DNA from: an uncultured bacterium
GTDB taxonomy: Bacteria > Chlamydiota > Chlamydiia > Chlamydiales > JAJFMA01
Reading direction: 5' to 3'
NCBI GenBank assembly: GCA_964436955.1
Contig: CAYTFC010000006.1
Coordinates: 4,390-65,001, forward strand
Length of the DNA: 60,612 bases
A program made the translations under genes and the position numbers. Numbering within the stretch: position 1 is the stretch's first letter; each line of letters starts with the position of its first letter. Below, piece after piece: positions 38,456 through 48,783 of the stretch. Below the pieces are notes generated by a model. The model did no database searches and was not told where the DNA came from. It saw only the letters and a program-made list of their open reading frames with translations.

Positions 38456-39838
38456 TTACGTTTGGGTCCCGAGGATTTCGAGCGATCTTGCAATGATTAA
38501 ATAGCCTTGACGTAGACGATCAAGCCCAAAATGTTCATTTGGGGCATGAATGCAGTCTGTTGGCAATCCGAGTCCTAAAAGGACTACTTCGCTACCACTG
38601 ACCTTTTGCAGTGATGCGACGATGGGAATCGATGCACCTTCCAAGATATAGCTACAGGGTTTATCAAATACTTCCGTAAAGGCTTGAGCTACAGCATTGA
38701 CCCCTGTTGAATCAGGTGTTGTTGAAATTGCAGGACCGCCACCTTCGTGAATGTGCGTGGATACTTTAATACCCGGAGGCGACTGCTTTTCTAGAAATGA
38801 TGCCACGCTTTTAGCAATGGTCTGAGGGTCTTGATTGGCAACAAGACGACACGAAATCTTGGCTGAAGCTATTGCGGGAATAACGGTCTTCATCCCAACG
38901 CCTTGGAAGCCTCCGCCGATGCCGTTGATTTCTAGAGTTGGTCTGAGCCAGTTACGTTCAAGAGGAAGTAGGTTTTTCTCACCGCCAGTGGCATCCACGC
39001 CGAATTCTTTTTTATATTCGGCAGAATTGAACTGAAAGTCAAAAGACTGCTTTTGAGCTTCTGTGAGGGGAGTAATGGCGTCGTAAAAGCCAGGAACTGT
39101 GATGCGTCCTGAGGGATCGCGCAGCTTTGAGAGAATTTCTACTAAAGCGTGATTGGGGTTGTAGGCTAAACCTCCATGAGATCCAGAGTGTAAGTCGGTG
39201 GTCGTACCTGTACAGGTGACTTCTAGGGCTACAAGACCCCTTAATCCCAAGGTGACGCTAGGGGATTGAGCATTTTTGATGCCCACATCAACTATAAATA
39301 GATAATCAGCCGCAAGCTCTTTTGCTTTGTCTATGAGGATTGCACCAAGACCAGCGCTTCCCACTTCTTCATCCCCCTCAATGATCAATTTTAAGTTGAC
39401 CGGTAGCTTTCCAAATTTTTGACGCAGTGTTTTGATGGCGTGGAATACATAAAAGCATTGGCCTTTGTTGTCTTGAGCCCCTCTTGCAAAAACCTGATTG
39501 CCTTCGATGCGTGGTTCAAAAGGAGGAGTTGTCCATAGATCCAGGGGATCCACCGGCTGAACGTCATAGTGGTTGTAGATAAGAACGGTAGGTTTGTCTG
39601 GGCCAGCACTTAGGTCATGGGCGAAAATAACAGGATGTTGTTTAGTTTCCCAAGTTTCGACGACTAGAGGGATATCTACAAGGTACTTCTTAACCCAATT
39701 TGCGCAGGCCAGTACGTCTGGTTTGTGTTCGGGATTGCTGCTGATGCTGGGTATACTGAGGTATTGTTTGAATTCTTCAATGATGGCGTTTTGATTCGTG
39801 TAGAAATCGGTCTTTAGCATTGTCAGTAGATCGTTCAT
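38456..39838 (-). CDS. M20 family dipeptidase
   Basis: HYDVQP, RGAQDNKG, EGDEEVGS, DLHSG, HAPNE; start set at ATG 39838. Confidence 0.92.
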   Translation of the reverse strand: MNDLLTMLKTDFYTNQNAIIEEFKQYLSIPSISSNPEHKPDVLACANWVKKYLVDIPLVVETWETKQHPVIFAHDLSAGPDKPTVLIYNHYDVQPVDPLDLWTTPPFEPRIEGNQVFARGAQDNKGQCFYVFHAIKTLRQKFGKLPVNLKLIIEGDEEVGSAGLGAILIDKAKELAADYLFIVDVGIKNAQSPSVTLGLRGLVALEVTCTGTTTDLHSGSHGGLAYNPNHALVEILSKLRDPSGRITVPGFYDAITPLTEAQKQSFDFQFNSAEYKKEFGVDATGGEKNLLPLERNWLRPTLEINGIGGGFQGVGMKTVIPAIASAKISCRLVANQDPQTIAKSVASFLEKQSPPGIKVSTHIHEGGGPAISTTPDSTGVNAVAQAFTEVFDKPCSYILEGASIPIVASLQKVSGSEVVLLGLGLPTDCIHAPNEHFGLDRLRQGYLIIARSLEILGTQT

Positions 39839-39914
39839 GGTGCCCTCGTTTAAGCAATGAGGGCGCATTATATTCAAGAGTCATAATGCATTGCAATGGT
39901 GTAAAGCAAAAGTT

Positions 39915-40080
39915 TGTAGGGATAGCCTTGTTCTTTTCTCTTGGTGCTGCGTCGCCGAAGCGGCAGTCCCTTTTTGGGCGAACTTGTCTGCCTCGGCGAG
40001 GCAGACCCACAAGGAAAAGGCAGCTTTGGTAGGGGGAATCGCTAAGCGTGTAGGGATAGGGTTGTCTGCCTCTGAGTGGC
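39915..40080. repeat. BIME-like mosaic of REP-like palindromes
   Basis: Minus-strand GTGG-GTCTGCCTC-GCC-GAGGCAGAC (39986-40010); degenerate copy of the 6786 hairpin; tgtagggatag repeated at 39915 and 40049; 43 bp (39983-40025) identical to 45600-45642. Confidence 0.75.
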
Positions 40081-40611
40081 CTATTCTGCTTGATTTTCGG
40101 GACTACGTTGGAAGCTTTCCAGCAGATCTTTAGTAGTAATCACACCCATTGAAACGTCGTCTATTATTGAAACATATGTGCTTAGAATATCCTGGAGTAA
40201 CACAAAAAGTGCTCCTACTTCTGTATACCGGGCATCTTTGCTATTTAATGGAAGCGAGTAGCGGTAGAAACAGCCGTTTACTTGTTCATCATACCCAAAG
40301 GCTCCTAGAGTTATCACTTTATTCAATAAATTAATGAGTTTAACAAGTTCCGGAATGCTCTCGGGGTTAACTTCATAGGGAAGAGAGTAGAGAATAGAAA
40401 CAATATCAACCTCGGAGGTGGTTGCGAAAGTGGCTGCAAGTACTTCGCCGCTGATTATCGATAGAATAATGGTATAGACTTCTGTCTCACTTACTTCTGA
40501 ATGCAGAGTAACCAATAGATGAGGAAAAGGAATACTCTCTGTTGGCTCAAATAGCTCTGCTTCTAAGTCTTGTGAGATGAGTTTTTCGGCAATTTTTGTT
40601 AGGTGTTCCAC
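40081..40611 (-). CDS. CesT/YbjN-like type III secretion chaperone
   Basis: 176 aa, acidic, LINLLN..ITLGAFGYD....CFYRYSL pattern; start overlaps the upstream gene's stop. Confidence 0.7.
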   Translation of the reverse strand: MEHLTKIAEKLISQDLEAELFEPTESIPFPHLLVTLHSEVSETEVYTIILSIISGEVLAATFATTSEVDIVSILYSLPYEVNPESIPELVKLINLLNKVITLGAFGYDEQVNGCFYRYSLPLNSKDARYTEVGALFVLLQDILSTYVSIIDDVSMGVITTKDLLESFQRSPENQAE

Positions 40612-42374
40612 TAAGCTGAATCCTCCTTCGGCTCGTTGCGGCCTGCGGCTTGAGCAGCGAGGTTTTTGTAATATTCTCCTACGATGGTGTTATAGTCAGT
40701 GATGTGCCCCAGCCCTTTTTTATACTCTTGCTTTTCACCTAGGTGGCGGGTAACATCCATGACAAATTTAACAAAACCAGTTTCATCAACGATACCGTGA
40801 TGTTTTATCATGCTTTTCGGGGCTAATCCGTTTAGAATCATGTGTGCCAATCGAATTTCTACTCCAAGTTGCGATTTGGACATCCCCTTGACATGAGTGC
40901 GTATTTCTTCTGGCCCGAAATCGCGGCGGTTGTGCAGTTTTTCCTCATGTTTTTCTTCTTTAATCTCTATCCCAATCTCATATCCCCATTCAGTTAACAT
41001 CAACACAAATTTTACTCCAGTAGTTCCAAGTGATAAGCCATACATGGTCGCTGAAGTGACGGGTTCTGGAATTAACGTGAGCAAAGAAAAAGTGCAGGCA
41101 GTCACGAGCGCTGCATTCTCGGCGAGCCCGATGCCATTTGAAACCATCTTTCTATTAGCCATTGTCTTGTGAATGTGCACATAATCTTTGATCAAAACGG
41201 ATCGCTCCATTTCAATATCGGCCATTGCTTTACTGACTTCTCGAGTTTCAGGCGCAACTGTTGCGTCGTTTGCGATCGCGTTATGGTACCAAGCTCGTGC
41301 TTCGCAAGCGACTGCTTCATACGACATTGCTTTAAGTAGCTCTTTAGAAGTCTTTGCCTTTACAATATTACGAACATGAAGTGTCCCTCCTACTCCACCC
41401 GCGAGCAAGCCCACCCCGGCTGTGACTGGGGTCAAAGCTGAACTTGCAGTTCCTACGTCTACTCCCATGGTAACGATCTTACCTGCCGATAAGGTATTAT
41501 AAGCTATTAGCGTGGTACCTCGGGAGCCGTGACCGTATCCTTTACGCTCATGCTGCTGTTGTTCCTTCACTTTTTGGTCCATTTCTCCTAACCTATCATC
41601 TAATTCAGAGGGGGAGAGGTCGGAAGAATAGAGAGTTCTACGCGTGGCCTGTATGTCTTGATCTAATATAAATACGCTGGCCATTAGACCTTCGCGTTCG
41701 TTAATATGAGCCGCCATTTGATGTTGGTCAGGGGGTTGCCCACTTTTGACTAAGGTCTTAAATTCCTTTGCCATGTTTCTATCTAGTTTGACGATTTTAT
41801 CAAAAAGCTCTTTCTTCTCATTCTTCATGTTTTTCAGATTCTTTCCGATATCCTTTCTTTCTCTTTTGGATAGGGTGGGATTATGTAATTCTTTTTCAAT
41901 ACTTTTAGCTTCTTTTTTGCATGCTGAAGCTTCCTTGTGTTCCATCACGCTCTCGATAGTAAATCCCGGACCAAGAGGTATCTCTTTGGCGATGTTTTCC
42001 TTATTGTCTTTTATTTTTTTAAAGAATTTTTTTGCGGCAGTGAGCGGTGCACTCAGCTTGGGAGGAGGTTTATCTACGCCTTTCCCCATCTTTTGTAACG
42101 TTGCTATCAGTTTCTCTTCCTTAGTGACCTCTGCATTTTCTTGCTTGCGGGATGCGAACTCTTCGGGCGAACGCTGAGAGAGTGTGATCACTATAGGTTG
42201 CGCCTGGAGCTCTGGAAGATCATAATGCTCGGGAAGCTCAGATTTCATTGGGTTTTGAGGAGACGATAGCAGTGTCTGGTGCTCCTCGGGGGTTTCCAAT
42301 TTTTTAGCTTCTGGTTGTGAAATGCTATTATCGGGAATGTTTGAATATGATTGACTAGAGTGAATGCCATCCAT
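40611..42374 (-). CDS. Candidate T3SS effector / Inc- or translocator-like protein
   Basis: Ser/Pro-rich N-terminus, Lys/Glu coiled coil, two Gly/Ala hydrophobic segments; coupled to a chaperone-like gene. Confidence 0.65.
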   Translation of the reverse strand: MDGIHSSQSYSNIPDNSISQPEAKKLETPEEHQTLLSSPQNPMKSELPEHYDLPELQAQPIVITLSQRSPEEFASRKQENAEVTKEEKLIATLQKMGKGVDKPPPKLSAPLTAAKKFFKKIKDNKENIAKEIPLGPGFTIESVMEHKEASACKKEAKSIEKELHNPTLSKRERKDIGKNLKNMKNEKKELFDKIVKLDRNMAKEFKTLVKSGQPPDQHQMAAHINEREGLMASVFILDQDIQATRRTLYSSDLSPSELDDRLGEMDQKVKEQQQHERKGYGHGSRGTTLIAYNTLSAGKIVTMGVDVGTASSALTPVTAGVGLLAGGVGGTLHVRNIVKAKTSKELLKAMSYEAVACEARAWYHNAIANDATVAPETREVSKAMADIEMERSVLIKDYVHIHKTMANRKMVSNGIGLAENAALVTACTFSLLTLIPEPVTSATMYGLSLGTTGVKFVLMLTEWGYEIGIEIKEEKHEEKLHNRRDFGPEEIRTHVKGMSKSQLGVEIRLAHMILNGLAPKSMIKHHGIVDETGFVKFVMDVTRHLGEKQEYKKGLGHITDYNTIVGEYYKNLAAQAAGRNEPKEDSA

Positions 42375-42483
42375 AACATTTATTATAATAAATAAATAAT
42401 TTAAATTTATAGATTATCATAATAAAATAAGGTTTTTTATTTTCGTTACATGACAGTTGCAGTAAATAGTTACTTATAAAAAG

Positions 42484-44223
42484 CTATTGGGATTGTTGAA
42501 AAGCCTGGTTGAGTTCCGTTCGCTGTTCGGAATGGGAGTGCAGTTCGGTAAGCAATTGTTTTGTGAGAGTGCTGATGTCTTTATGAGCCACCGGCTGTAA
42601 AACTTTGAAATCAAGCACCTTCCAAGCGTGAGTGAGAAGTTGTGCGCTGGGGATAAACTGACCCACGTGATACAGCTGGCGTGCGGCATACACTTCCAAC
42701 AGCCCCGGAATATTCACTGCCCCAGGCATTTGTAGCGCGTTTTCAAGAGCTGCTACATTAAGGATGAGGTCTCCTTGTAATGCTTCACGAGCAGCGATTT
42801 CTCTAGCGATTTGTCTACGTTTTGGCTCGTTTAAGTGGCTATCAAGATAGGTAGTCACTGAGTTGGGCTGTCCTTGTGATACACCTATAAGCACGCCAAT
42901 AGCGAAAACCAAAAGAGTAAAATAGATCAGCAAGCTTTTGCGCACAAATCGATGATGTCGGGTCACTAAGTCTGGGTTGTCCTCGGCTTTTTGTAAGAAC
43001 TGCATGCGTTGACGAATGCTGTAGTGATGCCAGCTGGGGTGGTCATGAATATTTCCGGAGAGGTATCCCACTTCATTAAGAGCTTCCTTCATATGGCTTG
43101 GAGGCATTTCGACATCGAAGCAAGCAAGATCGGCTTGACGTTCAAACATGCGTGAGAAGAAGCCAAACACCAAGCGAAAATAGATTGATAGGATCACTAC
43201 ATAAATCAGACACAATAGAACGGGTTTTAGTGACAGCCATGGGCCAGTAGGATCGTGAAAGTGCTGCAGGTCAAGATAGCCATTTAATGACGGTAGAAAG
43301 AGCTCTGTGACAAGGCCTACCAAAATCATTGCCCCTAAAATAATGAAAGGATAGATGATCAAATGGCGGTGGCGGGTGTGTCCAATTTCATGCACAAGAA
43401 CAGCTTCTAGGGACTCAGGAGACAATTGGTGTAGCAGAGCTGGAGTAAACATCACATAGCGAAAGCGGGGAATGACGCCAATAATGGCTGCAGTGAGGTG
43501 CTGTCCCATTACCGGCCAGGTGAGCATGCCTGCATGTTGAAACTGTGCCTTGCGGCACCATGTGTTAAGACGTTCACGCGTTGGACCGGCTGGAAGAGGT
43601 TGGCAGTTCCAGCAATATGTTAGAAGGGGAGGAAAGAAGATGAGCATAGCTGTTACAAAAAAGGTGGAGATTCCCAAGCTAATGATCCATCCCATTGGAC
43701 CATTAATGGAAAGCCATGCGACACCATCTTCAGGAAACAGCATCAGTAGGTCGCCCAGTACAGAAAAGGCCACAAATGGTATGGCAAACGGCATGAGAAA
43801 TCTTAATGGACGTAGAACATAGTGAAAACGGGAAGGCGCTGCAGAGAAGGATTGTCTCCGTAGCGTGGAAAAAAGACTCCAGTGAAAGATGAAGAGACCT
43901 ATGAAATAAAGTGTTAATGACAGCAATATCACTGGGGTAAGCACTTGGTTAAAGGTCACTATGCGCTGCCCGGCAAAGTAAAAGAAGAAAAGCGCTAAGG
44001 CGCTCAGAAGCTCAATGTTGGCAATAAAAAGAAGGGAGCCACTGCGCTCACGTCGATTTCTTATTATTAATTGGTTCTGCCCAATAATAAGGATACAAAC
44101 CAATGCATAGAGAGCGAGACCCCATAAAAAACCTCCAATTATAGAAAAGCTTTCAGCGGGTATTGGAGGGGCCATTGTGGCGATTAACAGCACCATGGCT
44201 AAAAAAAGAAGATTGGAAAACAA
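42484..44223 (-). CDS. M48 family membrane metalloprotease
   Basis: HEIGH, FERQAD, HYSIRQR; many TM helices. Confidence 0.9.
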   Translation of the reverse strand: MFSNLLFLAMVLLIATMAPPIPAESFSIIGGFLWGLALYALVCILIIGQNQLIIRNRRERSGSLLFIANIELLSALALFFFYFAGQRIVTFNQVLTPVILLSLTLYFIGLFIFHWSLFSTLRRQSFSAAPSRFHYVLRPLRFLMPFAIPFVAFSVLGDLLMLFPEDGVAWLSINGPMGWIISLGISTFFVTAMLIFFPPLLTYCWNCQPLPAGPTRERLNTWCRKAQFQHAGMLTWPVMGQHLTAAIIGVIPRFRYVMFTPALLHQLSPESLEAVLVHEIGHTRHRHLIIYPFIILGAMILVGLVTELFLPSLNGYLDLQHFHDPTGPWLSLKPVLLCLIYVVILSIYFRLVFGFFSRMFERQADLACFDVEMPPSHMKEALNEVGYLSGNIHDHPSWHHYSIRQRMQFLQKAEDNPDLVTRHHRFVRKSLLIYFTLLVFAIGVLIGVSQGQPNSVTTYLDSHLNEPKRRQIAREIAAREALQGDLILNVAALENALQMPGAVNIPGLLEVYAARQLYHVGQFIPSAQLLTHAWKVLDFKVLQPVAHKDISTLTKQLLTELHSHSEQRTELNQAFQQSQ

Positions 44224-44277
44224 ACTTCACCCCGTTTTAATATGCGACGGATGCGATTGTATCTTAAGAGGGCCATA

Positions 44278-45264
44278 ATGAGCTATCCCGTTATCGATCT
44301 ACATTGCGATCTGCTCTCATATCTTGCTGGACATCCATCAGCAACTCCCTTGGATCCGCAAGCGCGCTGTTCGATTCCTCAAATGCAAGCAGGCCGTGTG
44401 CGCTTACAAACGCTGGCCATCGGTTATGAAACGAAGCCAGGATCGGCCGCACTTGGGTTGCGCCAGGCTGAATGTTTTGCAGCTATTGTACGTGACTATG
44501 CTGACTCTGTGCAGAAATTGAAATCTTCCAATTTTCTTCATGAAGATAAAATAAGCTTAGTTACTGCCATCGAAAATGCCTCCGCCTTTTGTGAGGAAGG
44601 TGAAAATTTGGTATCCAGCCTCGAGAGATTTGAGGAAATTGTGCAACTTTCCGGCAATCCATTATACATCAGTTTAACTTGGAATCATGAAAACCGTTTT
44701 GGTGGCGGTGCGCTAACAAGTGTTGGCCTTAAGCCGGATGGAAAGACTCTTCTTGAGTTCTTGGATGGACGCCATATTGCTGTTGATTTAAGCCACACAT
44801 CTGATCAGCTAGCGCATGATATATTGGATTATATAAGAGCTAAGAATTTAGCAATTTCTATTCTAGCAAGCCATTCGAATGCGCGAGCAGTCACCCATTT
44901 ACCGCGCAATTTGCCCAATGAACTTATTCAAGAAGTGTTTATATGTGGCGGGATTATCGGTCTTAATTTTGTGCGAAAATTTGTAGGTTCCGATTCCAGT
45001 TACTTTGTTAAACACATAGAGACATTTTTTGAATTAGGTGGAATAGATTCGCTTTGTTTAGGAGCCGATTATTTCGTTGGCGATGACTGGTTCTTTCCGG
45101 AATTTCAGGACTCGTCTTGCTATCCGCGGCTATTTGAAATTCTTGGTTTATCTCATGAAACCCTTTTAAAGTTGGCGAATGTCAATGCAAAGAAGTTTTT
45201 AGAAAGACTATGGGGACCAGCTTTTCAAGAGCGATTGTTAGTAAGCGCTCCCTCTTCTCTCTGA
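44278..45264 (+). CDS. M19 membrane dipeptidase family protein
   Basis: DLHCD, IENA, VDLSH, ASHSNAR, RNL, GAD; start set at ATG 44278. Confidence 0.9.
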   Translation: MSYPVIDLHCDLLSYLAGHPSATPLDPQARCSIPQMQAGRVRLQTLAIGYETKPGSAALGLRQAECFAAIVRDYADSVQKLKSSNFLHEDKISLVTAIENASAFCEEGENLVSSLERFEEIVQLSGNPLYISLTWNHENRFGGGALTSVGLKPDGKTLLEFLDGRHIAVDLSHTSDQLAHDILDYIRAKNLAISILASHSNARAVTHLPRNLPNELIQEVFICGGIIGLNFVRKFVGSDSSYFVKHIETFFELGGIDSLCLGADYFVGDDWFFPEFQDSSCYPRLFEILGLSHETLLKLANVNAKKFLERLWGPAFQERLLVSAPSSL

Positions 45265-45280
45265 TTTACCGGTTCCTTGA

Positions 45281-45475
45281 TTACTCTCCAGGGGAGAGGT
45301 TGGTCTGTTCTTGGGAGGTTTCATCGTCGGCTATCGGCTGTAGAAGAGCCAGGCCATGGTCTATGGCAAGCTCGGCTGCCGTGGTCGCTTCGCAGGAGAT
45401 CCAATGACCGGAATGGCCTGTCTGAACGAAGCAGTTCACCGCGATTAATGCCAAGATCATAAGGGGATTTCGCAT
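45281..45475 (-). CDS. Small hypothetical protein with signal-like N-terminus
   Basis: MRNPLMILALIAVNCF, GGAGG upstream; 64 aa. Confidence 0.45.
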   Translation of the reverse strand: MRNPLMILALIAVNCFVQTGHSGHWISCEATTAAELAIDHGLALLQPIADDETSQEQTNLSPGE

Positions 45476-45573
45476 CCATCCTCCATCTAAGTTACTGATA
45501 GGCACGCCATTATATAGGGACCTTACTTTATGGGCAACGGGTCGATTTTTTTTGAAAAATGACCGCGGAATCA

Positions 45574-45647
45574 CGAAGCCGCCACTTCTTTTAGGCGAGC
45601 TTGTCTGCCTCGGCGAGGCAGACCCACAAGGAAAAGGCAGCTCTGGT
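45574..45647. repeat. REP-like element, second copy
   Basis: cttgtctgcctcggcgaggcagacccacaaggaaaaggcagct identical to 39983-40025; flanks also similar. Confidence 0.8.
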
Positions 45648-45656
45648 TGGGATGTT

Positions 45657-48632
45657 CTACAAGACCAACCTTTTCAACTCTGGCATCCCCAACGTTGCTA
45701 ATGTCGGCGCTTCTTTATCTAGCAATTCCTTGCCGGCGAATACAATAGGAGGGGCCTGCGTGACGTTCCCAACTAAATGCCGCTTTACAGCATTTTGAAT
45801 ATCTTCCTTCGTGGCGCCTAAAATGCGATCGCGAAACTTTTGGCGTATTTCAGGAGTCTTGCCTGCGCGCCACCATCCGTATCCGACGCCAGACCGACTG
45901 CCAGGAGCTACTGGTGAATCTGCATCCTGGATAATCTCTAATTTGGCCTCTTCAAGATCATCATCATCAAAATCGCCTTCAGCGATGGCTTTTACGGCCT
46001 CTTCAAATGCGTTGAAGGTCGCCGCAATATTGGGATCGCGGTAGGAATAGAAATAGAAATGGCCATACATCGTATTATTGCCAGCGCCACTTCCATACGC
46101 GCCGCCCTCCTCACGAATCTTTTGATGCAACACGGTGTTGTCTAGAATATTCCCTGCTAAGCTTAGGTATGCTGCGTCGGGTTCTAGATAGGTGGGTGTG
46201 GCAAAAGTTTTACCATTAAAGGAAACAGCGGAGGAAATTACGCATGCCTGCGGTTCAACGCTTCGCACCTCATACTTTGGCTTCCAAGGTTGCATTTGAT
46301 GTTTGCCAAGACTAGCTAGACCATAGAACTTTTCAGCCGCAAGCTTTTGGTAGTATTCTTCGTCACAGGAAATGATCAGGTGTGCATCGCTGCGATCTAA
46401 CAACTGCTCGCGTAAGCTCATTAACTTTTTGGTAAGTTCTGGCAAGCGGGCTGGGAGATTTTTCACCAAATCGCGAATCATTTGATAATACTCAAGTCCG
46501 AACCATGCGTAATGAATGCGAGCGGATACATCGAGATAACTGGCCGAAAGGCTTAGTGCATAGCGCATCGCATGGTTATTAAAAGAGGCTTCTAAACCTG
46601 TGTAGTGCTTTTGAAGAATCTCTGTAATACGCTCGGCATCGGTGAAATCGACAGCGGTAATCATATCATGCATGAGTGAGAAGAGTTGTTCTCCCTTGCG
46701 ATAAAGCGCTTTTCCTTTGACTACAAAGGAAGGTGTGCATTCCTTAGGTCGATCGATATGTGGATTTAGGCTTAATGAGGTGCCCACACCGCCAGTATTT
46801 TCATGCATGAATTCCAAGACTTCGCGGTAATTGCGGTTGCCGCAAGCGACTTGTGACATCAGATTACCGAAGAGTCTTACATAAGGAAGGTCAGCCTCGA
46901 CAATTTCCGACATGTTGAAGGTCATTTCCGCGTAGACAATCCCATTCGTAAAGCATGAGTGACGGAAAGTTGTGATATTTCCAATCTTTTCAATGATGAT
47001 GGGAAAATCGCGTACATTTTTAGGAACATCATCTAAAGTGAGTTTTGGAAGGCAGTCGATGTCCTGATCTTCTTGATTTTTTTGGAATTTATACAGAGCT
47101 TTGGCTTGATCCACGAGTTTTTGGGTGTCTTCTGGAGTCAGTGAATCTTTGATGGCTGCTAGTGTGGCGCGCTCTTCAGCGTCTTCTCGACGTGTCAGAT
47201 CTTTGTCAGGAGTCATCACCACGGTCACGCGATGTGTGTTATTGATCAGATGTTTCTCAATGAGTTTGGAGAGATATTGAGGATCTTCTTTGATCAATTG
47301 ACGTAAGCGTGCAAATAGGGAATGAATGAGCAGACCATGCTCGGCGCTGCCTGCATGCTGTTTTAAGAGGGCTGAACGCCAGAACAGATTTAAGCCGAAG
47401 GGACTGCTATCACCAGTAATTTCACTGCGATAGAGCTCCATTTGGTGCATGGCACTGTCTACAAGTTTTTCAGGAATGCCTTCTTTTGCGATGCGTTTAA
47501 GCTCGTCTAAAATAAATTTTTCGATGGCATCGGCATTGGATGCCTCGCAGCCCCGTAGTGTAATGGTGAACGGTACTTCGCTGATTTCATCTTCTAAACT
47601 TGAACCAGCCTGTTTGCATAGACCGGACTTAAGTAGCGCTAAACGCAAGGGGGAGGCATCGGTATCCATTAGGGCGCTGTCGATTACCTCTAGTGCCAAC
47701 ACCTCATCTAAATCTAGTATGTGGCAAGTGAGCCATCCCAACGTCACATAAGCTTTGTCGCTATCGTCGACATCAGGACCTGCGGGATAAGTTCCCGAGC
47801 GTTTTATCGGCTGTGTATAACGCGGTTGGCGAGGAATAGGGGGTAATGGCTCGGCACCTTTAGCCTTATCCAACGTTTTATCAGCGATAAAGTCTAGATG
47901 ATCTGTGAGCGGAAGATTGCCATAGAAATAAAATAGGCAGCGAGTGGGATGGTAATACGTATCGTAAAAGGTTTTAAACTCCTCGTAGGTAAGCTGAGGA
48001 ATAACTTTAGGGTCTCCGCCGCTATTGAATCCGTATGTAAGGTCAGGGCACAGTGCTTCACTAAGAATATCGTCTAAACGAGCTGAAGGAGATGCTAAAA
48101 CACCCTTCATTTCATTGTAGACAATGCCTTTATACTCTAGAGGTGTTGTGGGATCTTCGGGTTTAGCGAACTCAAGTCGGCAGCCCTCTTGCTTAAAGCT
48201 CAGCTCCTCGATTTTCGGTGCAAAAACCGCATCAAGATAGACTTCTAATAGGTTGTAGAAGTCCTTTGGTACTTGTGAGGCAGCAGGGTAGCAAGTAAAG
48301 TCGGCACCGGTCATGGCATTCATGAAGGTGTTTAAGCTGCGGCGTGTCATCGCGAAGAAGGGGTCTTTAATTGGATATTTCTCAGATCCGCAGAGCACTG
48401 TGTGTTCAAGAATGTGGGCAACACCATTGGAACTCGTAGGCGTTGTTCTAAAAGATAGGCAAAAGAGGTTTTCCGGGTCGTCATTGGCGAGATGCAAAAC
48501 GTGTGCACCAGTGGGCTCATGGACTAGCTCTCGAAGGGTGCATCGAATTTCAGGAATTTCTTTTAGATATGTGAGTCGAAAGTTTCGATAGGTGTCGCCG
48601 TGCTTTGTGAGTTCTTGTTCTTGAGTCTTCAT
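45657..48632 (-). CDS. M16C insulinase-family (presequence protease-like) zinc metalloprotease
   Basis: HILEH inverted zinc motif, FMNAMT, VYNEMKG, IREEGGAYG, SYRDP. Confidence 0.95.
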   Translation of the reverse strand: MKTQEQELTKHGDTYRNFRLTYLKEIPEIRCTLRELVHEPTGAHVLHLANDDPENLFCLSFRTTPTSSNGVAHILEHTVLCGSEKYPIKDPFFAMTRRSLNTFMNAMTGADFTCYPAASQVPKDFYNLLEVYLDAVFAPKIEELSFKQEGCRLEFAKPEDPTTPLEYKGIVYNEMKGVLASPSARLDDILSEALCPDLTYGFNSGGDPKVIPQLTYEEFKTFYDTYYHPTRCLFYFYGNLPLTDHLDFIADKTLDKAKGAEPLPPIPRQPRYTQPIKRSGTYPAGPDVDDSDKAYVTLGWLTCHILDLDEVLALEVIDSALMDTDASPLRLALLKSGLCKQAGSSLEDEISEVPFTITLRGCEASNADAIEKFILDELKRIAKEGIPEKLVDSAMHQMELYRSEITGDSSPFGLNLFWRSALLKQHAGSAEHGLLIHSLFARLRQLIKEDPQYLSKLIEKHLINNTHRVTVVMTPDKDLTRREDAEERATLAAIKDSLTPEDTQKLVDQAKALYKFQKNQEDQDIDCLPKLTLDDVPKNVRDFPIIIEKIGNITTFRHSCFTNGIVYAEMTFNMSEIVEADLPYVRLFGNLMSQVACGNRNYREVLEFMHENTGGVGTSLSLNPHIDRPKECTPSFVVKGKALYRKGEQLFSLMHDMITAVDFTDAERITEILQKHYTGLEASFNNHAMRYALSLSASYLDVSARIHYAWFGLEYYQMIRDLVKNLPARLPELTKKLMSLREQLLDRSDAHLIISCDEEYYQKLAAEKFYGLASLGKHQMQPWKPKYEVRSVEPQACVISSAVSFNGKTFATPTYLEPDAAYLSLAGNILDNTVLHQKIREEGGAYGSGAGNNTMYGHFYFYSYRDPNIAATFNAFEEAVKAIAEGDFDDDDLEEAKLEIIQDADSPVAPGSRSGVGYGWWRAGKTPEIRQKFRDRILGATKEDIQNAVKRHLVGNVTQAPPIVFAGKELLDKEAPTLATLGMPELKRLVL

Positions 48633-48783
48633 AATCCCTGCCTTTGCTATGTAGTGAAATAGTCTAACTGTTTGTTAGATTTATTTCACTACACTCAAAG
48701 ACCCGACGCAAGTAGCTACAGGGCTTGACCAATAAAGGAGTGTTGTACAGAATCACGGCCGAATTCACTAGATACGAGCTATT

